From the IMG/VR virus record IMGVR_UViG_3300028888_000057: a DNA stretch of 64,000 bases; one strand, written 5' to 3'. Below the pieces are notes generated by a model. That model searched no databases. It had not been told where the DNA came from and was given only the letters and a program-made list of their open reading frames with translations. This DNA is from a virus (lineage: Duplodnaviria > Caudoviricetes). The first letter of the stretch is position 1. Every line of letters begins with the position of its first letter. A program made the translations under genes and the position numbers. Below, one piece after another: positions 16,708 to 26,725 of the stretch.

Positions 16708-16941
16708 GTGATACTTATGCGACCAATTTGTCCTTGCAAAGATTGTCAGAAAAGAACGCTAACCTGTCATCAATTTTGTAAGGAATATCAGGAATGGAAA
16801 GGCATTATCAACCAAATAAATGAATTAAAACATCAGGAATATGATAAGTATTCCAATCGAGATACTATGTCTTTCTGGAAAAAGAACGTAAAACTTGGAC
16901 TGAGAAGTAACAGCAAGAAGATCGGTGGACAAACAGGTTAA
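16708..16941 (+). CDS. Cys-rich protein
   Basis: CPCKDC..R...CH..CKEYQEWK. Confidence 0.7.
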   Translation: MILMRPICPCKDCQKRTLTCHQFCKEYQEWKGIINQINELKHQEYDKYSNRDTMSFWKKNVKLGLRSNSKKIGGQTG

Positions 16942-17161
16942 GGAGAATAATATGAATGACTTACTGAAATGGTTTCATGATGATATAACATGGTGTGGAA
17001 ATGAATGTTCAAATACTGGTTGTGAGCGTAATATCGTCAACAGATTGTCGCATGATGGATTATTTTCGATGGCTTTGTTTAAAGGGACAGAAGTATGTCC
17101 ATTAAAAGAGAGGAATATAAACAATGAGCAATATGCCGATCAAAGTTTATTGCCTGAATAA
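16925..17161 (+). CDS. Cys-rich protein (true start may be ATG 16952)
   Basis: DITWC..C...CER...CPL. Confidence 0.65.
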   Translation: MDKQVKENNMNDLLKWFHDDITWCGNECSNTGCERNIVNRLSHDGLFSMALFKGTEVCPLKERNINNEQYADQSLLPE

Positions 17162-17336
17162 AGGCGATATTTTTGTAATTCCAGCTGACAAGAATTTAAA
17201 TCTTAAAGTAGGAGACAAACATCCTGACTGTAATGCAATTGTGACACAGGTGTTTTATTTGAAAAGAAAATGGTGGCAATTCTGGAAGAAAGATGAGCCA
17301 CTTAGGTACAAACTTAAATATTTAGGAGAAGAGTAA
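17124..17336 (+). CDS. Hypothetical protein
   Basis: GAGG RBS; KKWWQFWK-type motif. Confidence 0.65.
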   Translation: MSNMPIKVYCLNKGDIFVIPADKNLNLKVGDKHPDCNAIVTQVFYLKRKWWQFWKKDEPLRYKLKYLGEE

Positions 17337-17923
17337 TGGGCAACAGAGCATTAATTGAATTTGATAATCTTGATCTGAGTGTATATCTACATTGGAATGG
17401 TGGCAGAGATTCTGTTGAAACATTCTTGGAATAATGCAGGCTCAGAAGATTCCGAGCCGGAAACTATGGCGTGGCGAGATTCTGCCAAGTAGTTGGCAAC
17501 TTCTTTGGAGGCTCGTTGAGTATAGGAATTTATGATCACAAAAGCTTGGATAATGAATTTATAGACAATGGTACATATATTGTTGAGAACTGGCAAATCG
17601 TTAAAAGAATCCCCGAGGATATCGAGGAACAAAATGAATATAATATGATCGAAATGTTGGATGACATTGATAAGGCGCAGCCGTCGAATGACAGACTAGG
17701 AGAGAAGTTCATTCATGCTAAGGTCAAGAAGCTTAATGAGATATCCGTAGGTGATCTGGTATACATCACAGAAGAAGACAGCTCTCCGAGTCTATATCGA
17801 GTAATCGGCAAAGCTGTTAATCCAAATACTGGCAAAAGGTGTCCATACACCAACCAATATGGAGAAAAGATTTATAACGCATCTTTTTTAAAAGAAGAAG
17901 AATATAGAGTAATAGAAGAATAG
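17336..17923 (+). pseudogene. Phage gene with in-frame TAA at 17432-17434
   Basis: MGNRA..YLHWNGGRDSVETFLE*CRLRRFR..YGVARFCQVVGNFFGG is one frame with the annotated 17471..17923 ORF; AGGAG RBS at the upstream start. Confidence 0.75.
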
Positions 17924-17926
17924 AGC

Positions 17927-17975
17927 AAAAAAATAAAGGGGAACCTCGAGCAATAACTCGGGATTCCCCTTTTTT
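17927..17975. terminator. Bidirectional terminator between convergent early and late operons
   Basis: AAAGGGGAA-C-CTCGAG loop CTCGGG-A-TTCCCCTTT, flanked by A and T runs. Confidence 0.85.
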
Positions 17976-17977
17976 GT

Positions 17978-18703
17978 TTATTCTTTGACTTCTGAAAATT
18001 CTCCGCTAACCCAGCCAACTTGCTTAAGAAGCTTGACAGCATTCCAACCGTTTTCGGCCGTTGCAACCCAGTCATAAGTAGCACCTTTATTAGCAAGAAA
18101 GAGTTTAAAACAATCAGTTCCGTTGCCAAGCCGAACATTTACTTTGTCGGCTGTGACAATAACTTGTCTTGTAAGCTTTACTTTGATCGTGTCTCTGGAA
18201 TCAACAGGAGCATCAGCTGGTTCCACGTTAGCATATAACGTATAGAACTTCTGTGCATAGTTGGCTCTACGCTGTTTGGCTTTCTCACTGGTGTTGGCTG
18301 GCTTTTCGTATCTCAGCATAACAGCGTCTGACGCATCGCGAACATTATTGGCCCAGACTACTGCACTCCACGCTGTCTTATATTTGTTACTCATTTCGTC
18401 AACAAGATATTCCAGCTGGATGTTAAGATCTCCAACAGAAGCATTATGACTTTTTGCAAAATTCAGCAATGCTTCTTTTCGCGTGTAAAATGCCCATTGA
18501 ACCAGACCAAATGCATGGCCATCATTCGCAAAGTCAATTAACCCACTGTCTGCCTTGGAGACATAATCTGGATCTTTTGTGCCAGCCACAGCTCGTGGGT
18601 TAAGGGTACTTTCGGCCATCAGGTTTCCCATGATGGCCGCAGTTCCGTAAGCATTGTTTGTTCTCTGTTGCAGAAAGTCCCAGATTTGTTGTTCACTTGC
18701 CAT
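17978..18703 (-). CDS. Phage tail-type lysozyme with C-terminal SH3b (lysin)
   Basis: AAIMGNLMAES, FGLVQW, QLEYL, YEKP; VNVR.G.G...GWVSGEF. Confidence 0.85.
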   Translation of the reverse strand: MASEQQIWDFLQQRTNNAYGTAAIMGNLMAESTLNPRAVAGTKDPDYVSKADSGLIDFANDGHAFGLVQWAFYTRKEALLNFAKSHNASVGDLNIQLEYLVDEMSNKYKTAWSAVVWANNVRDASDAVMLRYEKPANTSEKAKQRRANYAQKFYTLYANVEPADAPVDSRDTIKVKLTRQVIVTADKVNVRLGNGTDCFKLFLANKGATYDWVATAENGWNAVKLLKQVGWVSGEFSEVKE

Positions 18704-18706
18704 TGC

Positions 18707-19078
18707 TTACACCTCAGCTTTATGTTCAACTGTATTAGAAGCAACATAAGACTGAACAGCAGTATTGGTCTTAAACATTTCCTTGAATTTCACAAGCACG
18801 TCATCTACGAGCTTGCTGAAGAACTCAAAGGATACAAACTTTACAAGATATGGAAACTTGGCAACAAACATGTCATATACATAGCGCAGTTTCAACTGAC
18901 CTGTGCCGCTGCCAAATTCCTTTTCGGCCTCAGTAACAGCAAACAGCAACCACTCTTTGATCTTAGCGATCTGTTCAGCTCGAGGGAATTTGAAGAACTT
19001 TACAATCAGGTAAACCAGAACCGCAATGCCTGCGATAGCCGCAAGAATAATGTACCAGTTATCAGTAATGAATTCCAT
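18707..19078 (-). CDS. Holin (LL-H-like)
   Basis: N-terminal TM; AVTEAEKEFGSGTGQLKL..VY. Confidence 0.75.
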   Translation of the reverse strand: MEFITDNWYIILAAIAGIAVLVYLIVKFFKFPRAEQIAKIKEWLLFAVTEAEKEFGSGTGQLKLRYVYDMFVAKFPYLVKFVSFEFFSKLVDDVLVKFKEMFKTNTAVQSYVASNTVEHKAEV

Positions 19079-19101
19079 AACTATTATCCTCCATAAATTA
19101 A

Positions 19102-19449
19102 TTATCCGTTGCTATCTTCTTCTTCGTCTTCAGATTCGTCTTTTTCTTCCTGCTCAGACAGAGAAGAAATAAGATCTTTAAAGCCTTTTTTGTTAAACCA
19201 AGACAACACGAATCTATCTGAATAAATGACTTTTTCCCCAAGCGAATTTACAAGATAACAACCAACATTCACCATCATGATAGTGTCTACGCCAGATGCC
19301 ATTTGAATCACATATTGTGCGATATTAGGAACTAATCCGGCCGCAACTAAAATAGCAAACCGGTATGTGATCCAGAACCAGGTGATCCACTTGCTGAGTC
19401 TTTTGCTGTATTGAAGTGCTGCCTGTGCTACTCGATTCATCTTAGACAT
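19102..19449 (-). CDS. 2-TM membrane protein, holin-like
   Basis: Two TM segments, acidic tail, inside lysis cassette. Confidence 0.6.
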   Translation of the reverse strand: MSKMNRVAQAALQYSKRLSKWITWFWITYRFAILVAAGLVPNIAQYVIQMASGVDTIMMVNVGCYLVNSLGEKVIYSDRFVLSWFNKKGFKDLISSLSEQEEKDESEDEEEDSNG

Positions 19450-19461
19450 AGTACATCACCC

Positions 19462-20577
19462 TTACATTTCAGAAACAGTTGCATCTTTGTACTTGCTTGC
19501 CAGACTCTTAGCATCAGACTCAGAAAGGTTAGAAATAACAACTTTATACTTCTTTTCAGTGATATCTCCGAACTGAAGGAACTCTGTCATCATATAGCCA
19601 CGCTGATCTAAGGCGTAGACATTGCACCAAGTGTCACCTTTTTCATATATGTCTACGATTGTTCCAATTTTTACGTAGCCTAATACATCTGCGCTAGTAG
19701 ACGGGCCTCTTCTTAGGCGAACAGAACTACCAGACTTTGCGATCACTTTTGCTTTTGTGGTAGGTTTAACAGGTGTAGACTTCTTAAGAGCTTCCCAAGT
19801 TGTTTTACCAACAATACCGTCAACAGTCAGACTGTTATCCTTCTGAAACTGTTTAACCGCTTCTTCGGTTGCGGAGCCGAACTTACCATCTGCCCCTTTG
19901 GAGCCTACATTATATCCGAGACGAATCAGTTCATTCTGAAGTTTTTTGACAGCTTCACCACTGTCTCCATTACGAAGTGTTGGTTTCTCAGGCACAGGGA
20001 TTTCACCTCCGACGCAGGCGGGGATTGCCCAATGCGTCCATTTTCGATTGTACTTATCAAAGTGTTGAACGTTCACGCTGGATTCAAGAGTCTGGCCTTT
20101 ATAACCCAGTCCTGTATGCTCCCAAGTCTTTTCTTTGTTGTCTTTAGAATAGAATAGACACACCAGAGTATTAGCAGGAACACCATCTGCAATACGACCT
20201 TTAGCTTTCCAGTTACTTTCTGTATTCCATTGAGATGTAGCTCCTGCTCCCTGAAGAGTCCAGCCATAAACCTGTTTTAATAGCCAATAAGTAAATCCAC
20301 GACAGTCAAAGCATCTGACTCTCACATTACCGGGATACCATTTACAGCCGCTGCAAGTTCCGTTACCATCGAAGTTTTTGCATGAAGTTTTGATCGTTGG
20401 ATGATCTTCACGATATCTGGCTCTTCGATTTGCAGGATCGCAAAAATCACCACGAGCACCGAATACATAGGGCCAGCCTACACAAGCTAACCCAGCATTC
20501 CAAACGATATCCTGAGGATCAATTCCTTGCAGCTTTTGTTCTGCAATTAGGTTATCTATGAACTTATAGTTATTCAT
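19462..20577 (-). CDS. Endolysin: NlpC/P60-like peptidase, PG-binding-1 and SH3b
   Basis: GWPYVFGA, FDCRGF, HTGL; LRNGDSGEAVKKLQ..DGIVGKTTW; VRLRRGPST..GYMMTEFL. Confidence 0.85.
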   Translation of the reverse strand: MNNYKFIDNLIAEQKLQGIDPQDIVWNAGLACVGWPYVFGARGDFCDPANRRARYREDHPTIKTSCKNFDGNGTCSGCKWYPGNVRVRCFDCRGFTYWLLKQVYGWTLQGAGATSQWNTESNWKAKGRIADGVPANTLVCLFYSKDNKEKTWEHTGLGYKGQTLESSVNVQHFDKYNRKWTHWAIPACVGGEIPVPEKPTLRNGDSGEAVKKLQNELIRLGYNVGSKGADGKFGSATEEAVKQFQKDNSLTVDGIVGKTTWEALKKSTPVKPTTKAKVIAKSGSSVRLRRGPSTSADVLGYVKIGTIVDIYEKGDTWCNVYALDQRGYMMTEFLQFGDITEKKYKVVISNLSESDAKSLASKYKDATVSEM

Positions 20578-20616
20578 AGGTGGCTCCTTTCTTTATTAAT
20601 TTATCCATCAGATGGT

Positions 20617-21249
20617 TCAATCTCCCAAGAAAGAGTTGTTTAGATTGCACTCGTCGTACGTATGTTCAATAAAAGCAAAGTCATGTTTAAAAACATTATT
20701 TTCCCATGCCTTGCAATGTTCCTCGTCCATTGACTGATACTTTTCAATTAAAGATTCATAAATTTTACATTCTTCAAATAGATTTTTATAGTCTTCGCGA
20801 CTGTGCGGTTCTCCTTTGCGGCATTGCCGCGCAAAATTAAGAACGTGATTCTTTATCCTGGCGGCCGCAAGTCGGTCCAGCCGTTCATCTGTTTCAACTT
20901 GTTTGGCATCTAAATTATCGAATCTTGTTTCCAAATCAGAAAGCTGTTGACTAAGATCCTTGAAGCAAGCCTTGACTTGATTGCAATTCTCATTCGAACT
21001 GGCAGTCATTTCTTTCAGCTTGGTATCCATATCAGCTTTCATTTCTTCCATAAGACTCTTGAACGACTGAGTTCGCTGTTCATCAATTTTTTTGAACGGC
21101 CAAGAGATGGCTCTCCATAACCATTTCAAAGGATAGATTTTGATTTTAGAAATTTCAAAAAAGATACAAAAGATAAATAAGAGAATGCCAATTGACAATG
21201 GAATGTTATTACTGATCCATTGTGCAACTGGTTTTACAATCTCATTCAT
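20617..21249 (-). CDS. TM plus coiled-coil protein heading the lysis cassette
   Basis: N-terminal TM; heptad region. Confidence 0.7.
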   Translation of the reverse strand: MNEIVKPVAQWISNNIPLSIGILLFIFCIFFEISKIKIYPLKWLWRAISWPFKKIDEQRTQSFKSLMEEMKADMDTKLKEMTASSNENCNQVKACFKDLSQQLSDLETRFDNLDAKQVETDERLDRLAAARIKNHVLNFARQCRKGEPHSREDYKNLFEECKIYESLIEKYQSMDEEHCKAWENNVFKHDFAFIEHTYDECNLNNSFLGD

Positions 21250-21267
21250 AATAAATACACCTCGCTC

Positions 21268-21337
21268 AAAAAAAAATAAAAAGAAAAGAGCGAGACTGTG
21301 TATATCAAAACAATATTAATCAAATAGTTTCGCTCTT
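21268..21337 (-). terminator. Terminator after 1773-aa fibre gene
   Basis: AAGAGCGAGACT...AGTTTCGCTCTT inverted repeat followed by long U tract on - strand. Confidence 0.6.
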
Positions 21338-21344
21338 AATAAAG

Positions 21345-24300
21345 TTAAGCAAACATTGCTTCTATTTCCGCATCACTTATAGCGGAATACGTTGTATTAG
21401 GCGGCGTTGTAAACACATACGATGTTCCACCGGCAGTAATAGCATATTTTGTGCTGGCTGCAAGTGTGATTTGATTTGTTTCCGAGCTTGTTGCGATTGA
21501 AGTCACATGTGTATGATTGCTTGCAGAAGCACCTATGTTCGCAGGAGTGAGATTGACATTTCCAGTACGATAAGATGTTTCGGCATTACCTTTAACGCCT
21601 GTAATTGTTTGAGTGTTCGTATCGACCCAAGGTACGTTTACAGCTAACTTACCGTTCTTATCCAATCTAACAGGGTATACTCGTCCAGCTGTTTCTGTTG
21701 CATCTGTTGCGGCATTGCTTAACATTGTTTCGCTTGTAAGATCAGCCTTTATTGTACCCGTTGCAGTAATTGTTCCGCCTGTTAATCCAGCTCCAGTCGC
21801 AACAGACGTTACTGTACCATTTGTTTTAGTATATCCGGCGTAATAAAGCGTTCTTGCGGTTATCAAATTTGTATCAGACGAAGAAATAGCCGTAGAAGAC
21901 GAATTGTCTGTAACACCTTTCGCAGAAGCAGCAGCCAATTTATATCCATTGACAGTGTCAGCAATAGTAAGCTTTTTAACTTTAACCTCGCCTGTAGAAG
22001 GATTAACAGTTGGATTGTTTGCAGCAGTGTCGTAAACTACACCATATACACCAGTATATGAATTGTCTGACCCTGCCGTCCCGATTGTTTGAGTTCTACT
22101 TACAATTAGCGGATAATCTCCGTTATATCCAGTTGTTTGTCTGTAAATTCGAATCTGTGTATTTGTGTTCGAATCATAATCGGCTCTATGCCATCCGTTG
22201 TCGTGATATGTCAACAAAATAACAGATCCAACTGGATAATGAGTTGTTAGTTTGGATGTGCCATTATAGTAACAAGTTTTAGCTCCCAAACCATTAATAT
22301 TTAAAGTTGTAGTACTGGCACCGGCAACATTTGGACGATAAAGAACCGTTAATCCGTTAGAATAAGCTGTAAATCCCGCACACGAGCCAGTCCATGTTCC
22401 AGCTGTCGTATCCGTCGTCGGGCCTTCAATATAGAAGACATTCGCAATCGTATCTAGTTTCTTTTTATCGGTACTGGACATTAGACCATTTGCGCTTTGC
22501 GTTGCCGCTGAATAAGTTGTATCGCTTGATGGAATGCCTAAAGCAGTAATATCTGCTTTAACCACAGAAGATGCAGCTGTAACATGACCTTGCTCATTAG
22601 TAGTAATCTTATATAACCCTGAAGAAAAGGCACTACCTTTGGCCGTAGCGTGATCATATGCGGCCTTGCCGCGATCGCCTCTGTAAGCTGTAGCGTTGGT
22701 TTCACCAAGCGCAAGAGAAGCAGATATCTCGACATATGCCGTCCCAGACCATCGATATGTTTTGTTCGTGCTTGTAGCAACGTATATCTTTCCTGCTTCA
22801 CCTGACGTTGGAAAATCTCCAGTCGCTTCATATTCAAGAACATCATCAACAAAAGAAGGCAATTGACTTACTGGAACTTTTCCATCAGAACCTAACTCGG
22901 CAACGCCGTTTGCAACACCTTTTAGATTCGCATTCATTTTCCCAGAAATATCTTGGTGACTTGTTAAAACTTTAACCCCTCCGCTGTAAAGACATCCGTC
23001 TGTGCCGATATAGGCTGTATCTTGAGAATATGTTTGAGGGTTTGCGGCTTGTGATTCAGCACCAATAATAAACAGCTTCTTTGAAGAATCCGTTGATCCA
23101 GCAGTGTTTTTCGTATCTGTATTAGGATTTCCAGGTATTTTTCCGGATACGACACTAACACCGGTAACATGTCCTTTCGCGTCTCTGTCAATCGAAATCC
23201 CTTTAACAACATCTATTGACCAAGCAGCTGCCGCTCCAGACGCGTTTGCTGTTAACTTTGAATCGTCATCTGCCGAAGGCGTATAATGGTTTCCAACGGA
23301 CGTTACCTTAGTGTCAGTATTGTTATCCGGCGGGGTTGTAAATACATAAGATTGCCCACCTGCCGTTAATGAATACTTTGTATTCGCAGCTAATGTAACT
23401 TGATTAGTACCTGTGCTTGTAGCAATGCTAATACCATGGGTGTGGTTACCAGCAGCCGCTGTTGTAGCGGTTGTGCCAATTGCAAGATTTGATTTGTTGT
23501 TCCATGTATACTTCTCCCCGGTCGTAACAAGAGAAACGTCCGTTCCACCACTCGCAGCCGTTTTGCTGGAGTATGTGGTATTGTTATCCGGAACTGTAAT
23601 TGTCATAGCCGTTCCGCTTGACGGTGTAAGAGTGATCTTATGACCATCTGTAGCATCTTGAGATAAAGTATATGTTGTATTCGTGTCACTTCCAGGGATC
23701 CCGAGAGCAGTAATATCGGACTTTGCAACAGCCGTAGCCTCAGTAACGTGTCCTTGTGCATTGGTTGTAATCTTATATAATCCAGACGCAAAAGCACTTC
23801 CTTTAGCAGCGGCATGATCATAGGCTGTCTTACCTCGATCTCCGCGGTAAGCTGTTGAAGAAGTTTCTCCAAGAGCCAGAGACGCTGAAATCTCAACATA
23901 TGCAGATCCGGACCAACGGTAAGTCTTATTTGTTCCAGTTGCAACATAGATTTTCCCCGCCTCCCCTGTTGCTGGGAAGTCATCGGTTGTTTCATATTCA
24001 ACAACATCATCAACATAAGATGGAAGTTGTGAAGAAGGAACTTTGCCGCTGGCATCAAGCTCAGCTACACCACTGTTCGCTCCTTTCAATGCAGCATTCA
24101 ATGGAGTATAACCAAGAGCAGTGGTAACATTGCTGCTTGTAATCTCGCTTCTAATCGTAGCAGATGACTTATTGTCAACGTTGCCAAGTCCAACATCACC
24201 TTTTGCAAGAGTAACAGCTCCGGTTTTCCCAGCGACGCTTGTAACAGGCTTGGAATCTGTCCACGGAACATTAACCGAAAGATAACCAGACTTATCCTGA

Positions 24301-26666
24301 ACAACAGGATATTGACGGCCGGAAGTGTTAGAAGCGTCAGCTGAATCGTTGGTTGCAGCTGTTTCAGTTTTCAACTTGGCTTTAATTGTGCCGCTATTGG
24401 TAATTGTGCCGCCAGTAAGTCCAACACCTGTTGCAACAGATGTGACTGTGCCTGTATTGGTTGTCTTGGCATTCCAGATAGCTTTTTCGCCTGTGGTAAC
24501 AAGAGATACTTCTGTCCCTCCGCTGGCGGCAGCCTTACTGGAATATGTTGTGTTATTGTCAGGAATTGTTATTGTAGTTTCTGAGCCGTCGGAACCAGAC
24601 AATGTAAACTTATGACCATCTGTACTATCTTGCGTAATTGAATAAGTTGTATTTGTATTGGTGGGTACAGCCCACGTACCGTCTCCACGGAAGAACTTTC
24701 CTTGGTTTCCTTTGCCCGGTGCTGGAACATATCCCGCTGTACCATCAGTCGACGCAGAAGCACCAACAAATGCTACCCATGTGTCATGATCTCTTTGTGT
24801 AAACGTTCCAGTAGTATCATCTAGGCAAGTATACGTAAAAGTTTGACCTGATCTTGTAATACTCTTAATCGCTTTGGATTGATCATAGTTTTTAACATTT
24901 CCAATGCCAAGAGAACTTAATGTGTAAGTATGATCATTGTCAGGAATTATAATAGTTGTAGTTGAACCATCTGATCCGGATAAAGTAAACTTATGCCCAT
25001 CAGTTTCATCTTGAGAAATAGTGTAGGTTGTGTTATTGTCGGTTGTTTTATAGCCTTTTCCTTCAACAAAGCTTGCAACAGCTTGAGACGTAGGAAGATT
25101 TGCACTGGTCGAAGCAGCCGCAATAGAAGTATCCACACCTTTTGCAGCAGCCGCACCAATCGTACCAAGATCACTTACTTGAGACTTCGTGATTGAAATA
25201 TCTCCGAATGTAGCAGAAACGTTACCGTTTTCCTGAGAGAGAGAGGTGATTGTTTTACCAACTCCACCCATTCCGATCTCACCGCCGTCTAATGCATTGA
25301 TGGCATTTTTAACAGTGGCAACAGTAGCCGCCTTATTTGTTGAAGCATTATACGTTCCATCAAAAGTATATGTTGTATCTTGAGCTGGAATACCAAGAGC
25401 TGTAATATCTCCTTTCGTTACTGCAGTTGCGTTAGTAACGTGACCTTCGCTATTGGTTGTAATCTTGTAAAGACCAGCGGTGTAAGCAGACCCTTTAGCT
25501 GTAGCATGACTATATGCGGAGTCCCCATAGTCACCACGGAATGCGGTACTGGACGTTGTTCCTAATGCAAGAGATGCACTGATCTCAACATACGTACTTC
25601 CACTCCAACGATATGTTTTATTGTCTGCAAGATTAACGTAGATCTTTCCGGCTTCTCCTGTAAGGGGAAAATTGTCTCTAGAAGAGAATTCTAAAACATC
25701 ATCTACGTAAGAAGGTAATTGAGAAGATGGAACTTTACCGTTTTCGTCCAATTCAGCTAAACCGCTGGCCGCGCCTTTTAAAGATACGTTCAATTTACCA
25801 CTAATATCCTGATGCTCAGTAATAACATTTCCCAGATTTACAACACCAGCAGTGCCTTTTGAAACACCGTTCATAGTGATTCCTGTGATCGTACCTTTAT
25901 TCGCCGTTGCGTTCTCTGCAATTCCGTCAAGTTTCGACTTGTCTTCTGCAGACATTAATCCATGGGTTGATTGAGTAGCGTCAGAATAAGTCGTATTATT
26001 ATCTGGAATAGTAATAGTCGTTGGAGTACCAACTGACGGAGTTAAGGTAATAACGTGTCCGTCTGTCTGGTTTTGCGTTAATGTGTACGTAGTATCATTG
26101 TCTGTTGTTCGGTATCCTTTTCCTTCAACAAATGCAGCAACTGCTTCTGAAGTTGGAATGTTGCTACTGGTAGAAGCAGCATTGATAGACGTGTCAACAT
26201 TTTTTGCAGCAGCCTGTCCTAAAACTGGAAAATCTCTTATTTGAGATCGGACAATACTGATATCGTCAAACTCTGCCGAGACATTTCCGTTTGACTGTGT
26301 GAGAGAGGTGATGGTCTTTCCTAATCCCGGTTCTCCAATTACTCCGCCATCGAGAGAGTTGATTGCATTAGTCACCGTATTAACTGTAGCTATTTTATTA
26401 GTCGAAGGATTATACGTTCCATCAAATTCATAGGTTGTTTCTGGAGGAAGTTGACTTGCGGGTACTTTTCCCTCTGCGTTTAAGGAAGCTACACCATTTG
26501 CTGTGCCAACCTTGCTGTTGTCAACTTTTTCATCTAACGCATCTTGAACACCTTCTACTACCGCTTCGATGACAGTATTGTCAGGGTAATTGTTAAGCTG
26601 TTGGGAGAAATAAGTCAGCCCGCGAGAATCCAGAAATTTTTTTGTGTTTGTCGCCTTGTAAGGCAT
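21345..26666 (-). CDS. Long repeat-rich tail fibre-like protein (1773 aa)
   Basis: Thr/Ser/Gly/Ala-rich; several families of internal repeats; located between tail and lysis genes. Confidence 0.85.
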   Translation of the reverse strand: MPYKATNTKKFLDSRGLTYFSQQLNNYPDNTVIEAVVEGVQDALDEKVDNSKVGTANGVASLNAEGKVPASQLPPETTYEFDGTYNPSTNKIATVNTVTNAINSLDGGVIGEPGLGKTITSLTQSNGNVSAEFDDISIVRSQIRDFPVLGQAAAKNVDTSINAASTSSNIPTSEAVAAFVEGKGYRTTDNDTTYTLTQNQTDGHVITLTPSVGTPTTITIPDNNTTYSDATQSTHGLMSAEDKSKLDGIAENATANKGTITGITMNGVSKGTAGVVNLGNVITEHQDISGKLNVSLKGAASGLAELDENGKVPSSQLPSYVDDVLEFSSRDNFPLTGEAGKIYVNLADNKTYRWSGSTYVEISASLALGTTSSTAFRGDYGDSAYSHATAKGSAYTAGLYKITTNSEGHVTNATAVTKGDITALGIPAQDTTYTFDGTYNASTNKAATVATVKNAINALDGGEIGMGGVGKTITSLSQENGNVSATFGDISITKSQVSDLGTIGAAAAKGVDTSIAAASTSANLPTSQAVASFVEGKGYKTTDNNTTYTISQDETDGHKFTLSGSDGSTTTIIIPDNDHTYTLSSLGIGNVKNYDQSKAIKSITRSGQTFTYTCLDDTTGTFTQRDHDTWVAFVGASASTDGTAGYVPAPGKGNQGKFFRGDGTWAVPTNTNTTYSITQDSTDGHKFTLSGSDGSETTITIPDNNTTYSSKAAASGGTEVSLVTTGEKAIWNAKTTNTGTVTSVATGVGLTGGTITNSGTIKAKLKTETAATNDSADASNTSGRQYPVVQDKSGYLSVNVPWTDSKPVTSVAGKTGAVTLAKGDVGLGNVDNKSSATIRSEITSSNVTTALGYTPLNAALKGANSGVAELDASGKVPSSQLPSYVDDVVEYETTDDFPATGEAGKIYVATGTNKTYRWSGSAYVEISASLALGETSSTAYRGDRGKTAYDHAAAKGSAFASGLYKITTNAQGHVTEATAVAKSDITALGIPGSDTNTTYTLSQDATDGHKITLTPSSGTAMTITVPDNNTTYSSKTAASGGTDVSLVTTGEKYTWNNKSNLAIGTTATTAAAGNHTHGISIATSTGTNQVTLAANTKYSLTAGGQSYVFTTPPDNNTDTKVTSVGNHYTPSADDDSKLTANASGAAAAWSIDVVKGISIDRDAKGHVTGVSVVSGKIPGNPNTDTKNTAGSTDSSKKLFIIGAESQAANPQTYSQDTAYIGTDGCLYSGGVKVLTSHQDISGKMNANLKGVANGVAELGSDGKVPVSQLPSFVDDVLEYEATGDFPTSGEAGKIYVATSTNKTYRWSGTAYVEISASLALGETNATAYRGDRGKAAYDHATAKGSAFSSGLYKITTNEQGHVTAASSVVKADITALGIPSSDTTYSAATQSANGLMSSTDKKKLDTIANVFYIEGPTTDTTAGTWTGSCAGFTAYSNGLTVLYRPNVAGASTTTLNINGLGAKTCYYNGTSKLTTHYPVGSVILLTYHDNGWHRADYDSNTNTQIRIYRQTTGYNGDYPLIVSRTQTIGTAGSDNSYTGVYGVVYDTAANNPTVNPSTGEVKVKKLTIADTVNGYKLAAASAKGVTDNSSSTAISSSDTNLITARTLYYAGYTKTNGTVTSVATGAGLTGGTITATGTIKADLTSETMLSNAATDATETAGRVYPVRLDKNGKLAVNVPWVDTNTQTITGVKGNAETSYRTGNVNLTPANIGASASNHTHVTSIATSSETNQITLAASTKYAITAGGTSYVFTTPPNTTYSAISDAEIEAMFA

Positions 26667-26686
26667 CTTTATTCACTCCTTAGAAA

Positions 26687-26716
26687 GGAGGAGCGAGTTT
26701 CAATTCTCGCTCCTCC
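26687..26716. other. Intergenic hairpin
   Basis: GGAGGAGCGAG...CTCGCTCCTCC, 11-bp perfect stem. Confidence 0.6.
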
Positions 26717-26725
26717 GCAGTAAAA

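Noticed and set aside
7101-17923. Stop-codon reassignment (genetic code 15 or 4)
   Set aside because: The interruptions use three different stops, TAG and TGA end normal genes, and multi-kb late ORFs have no internal stops
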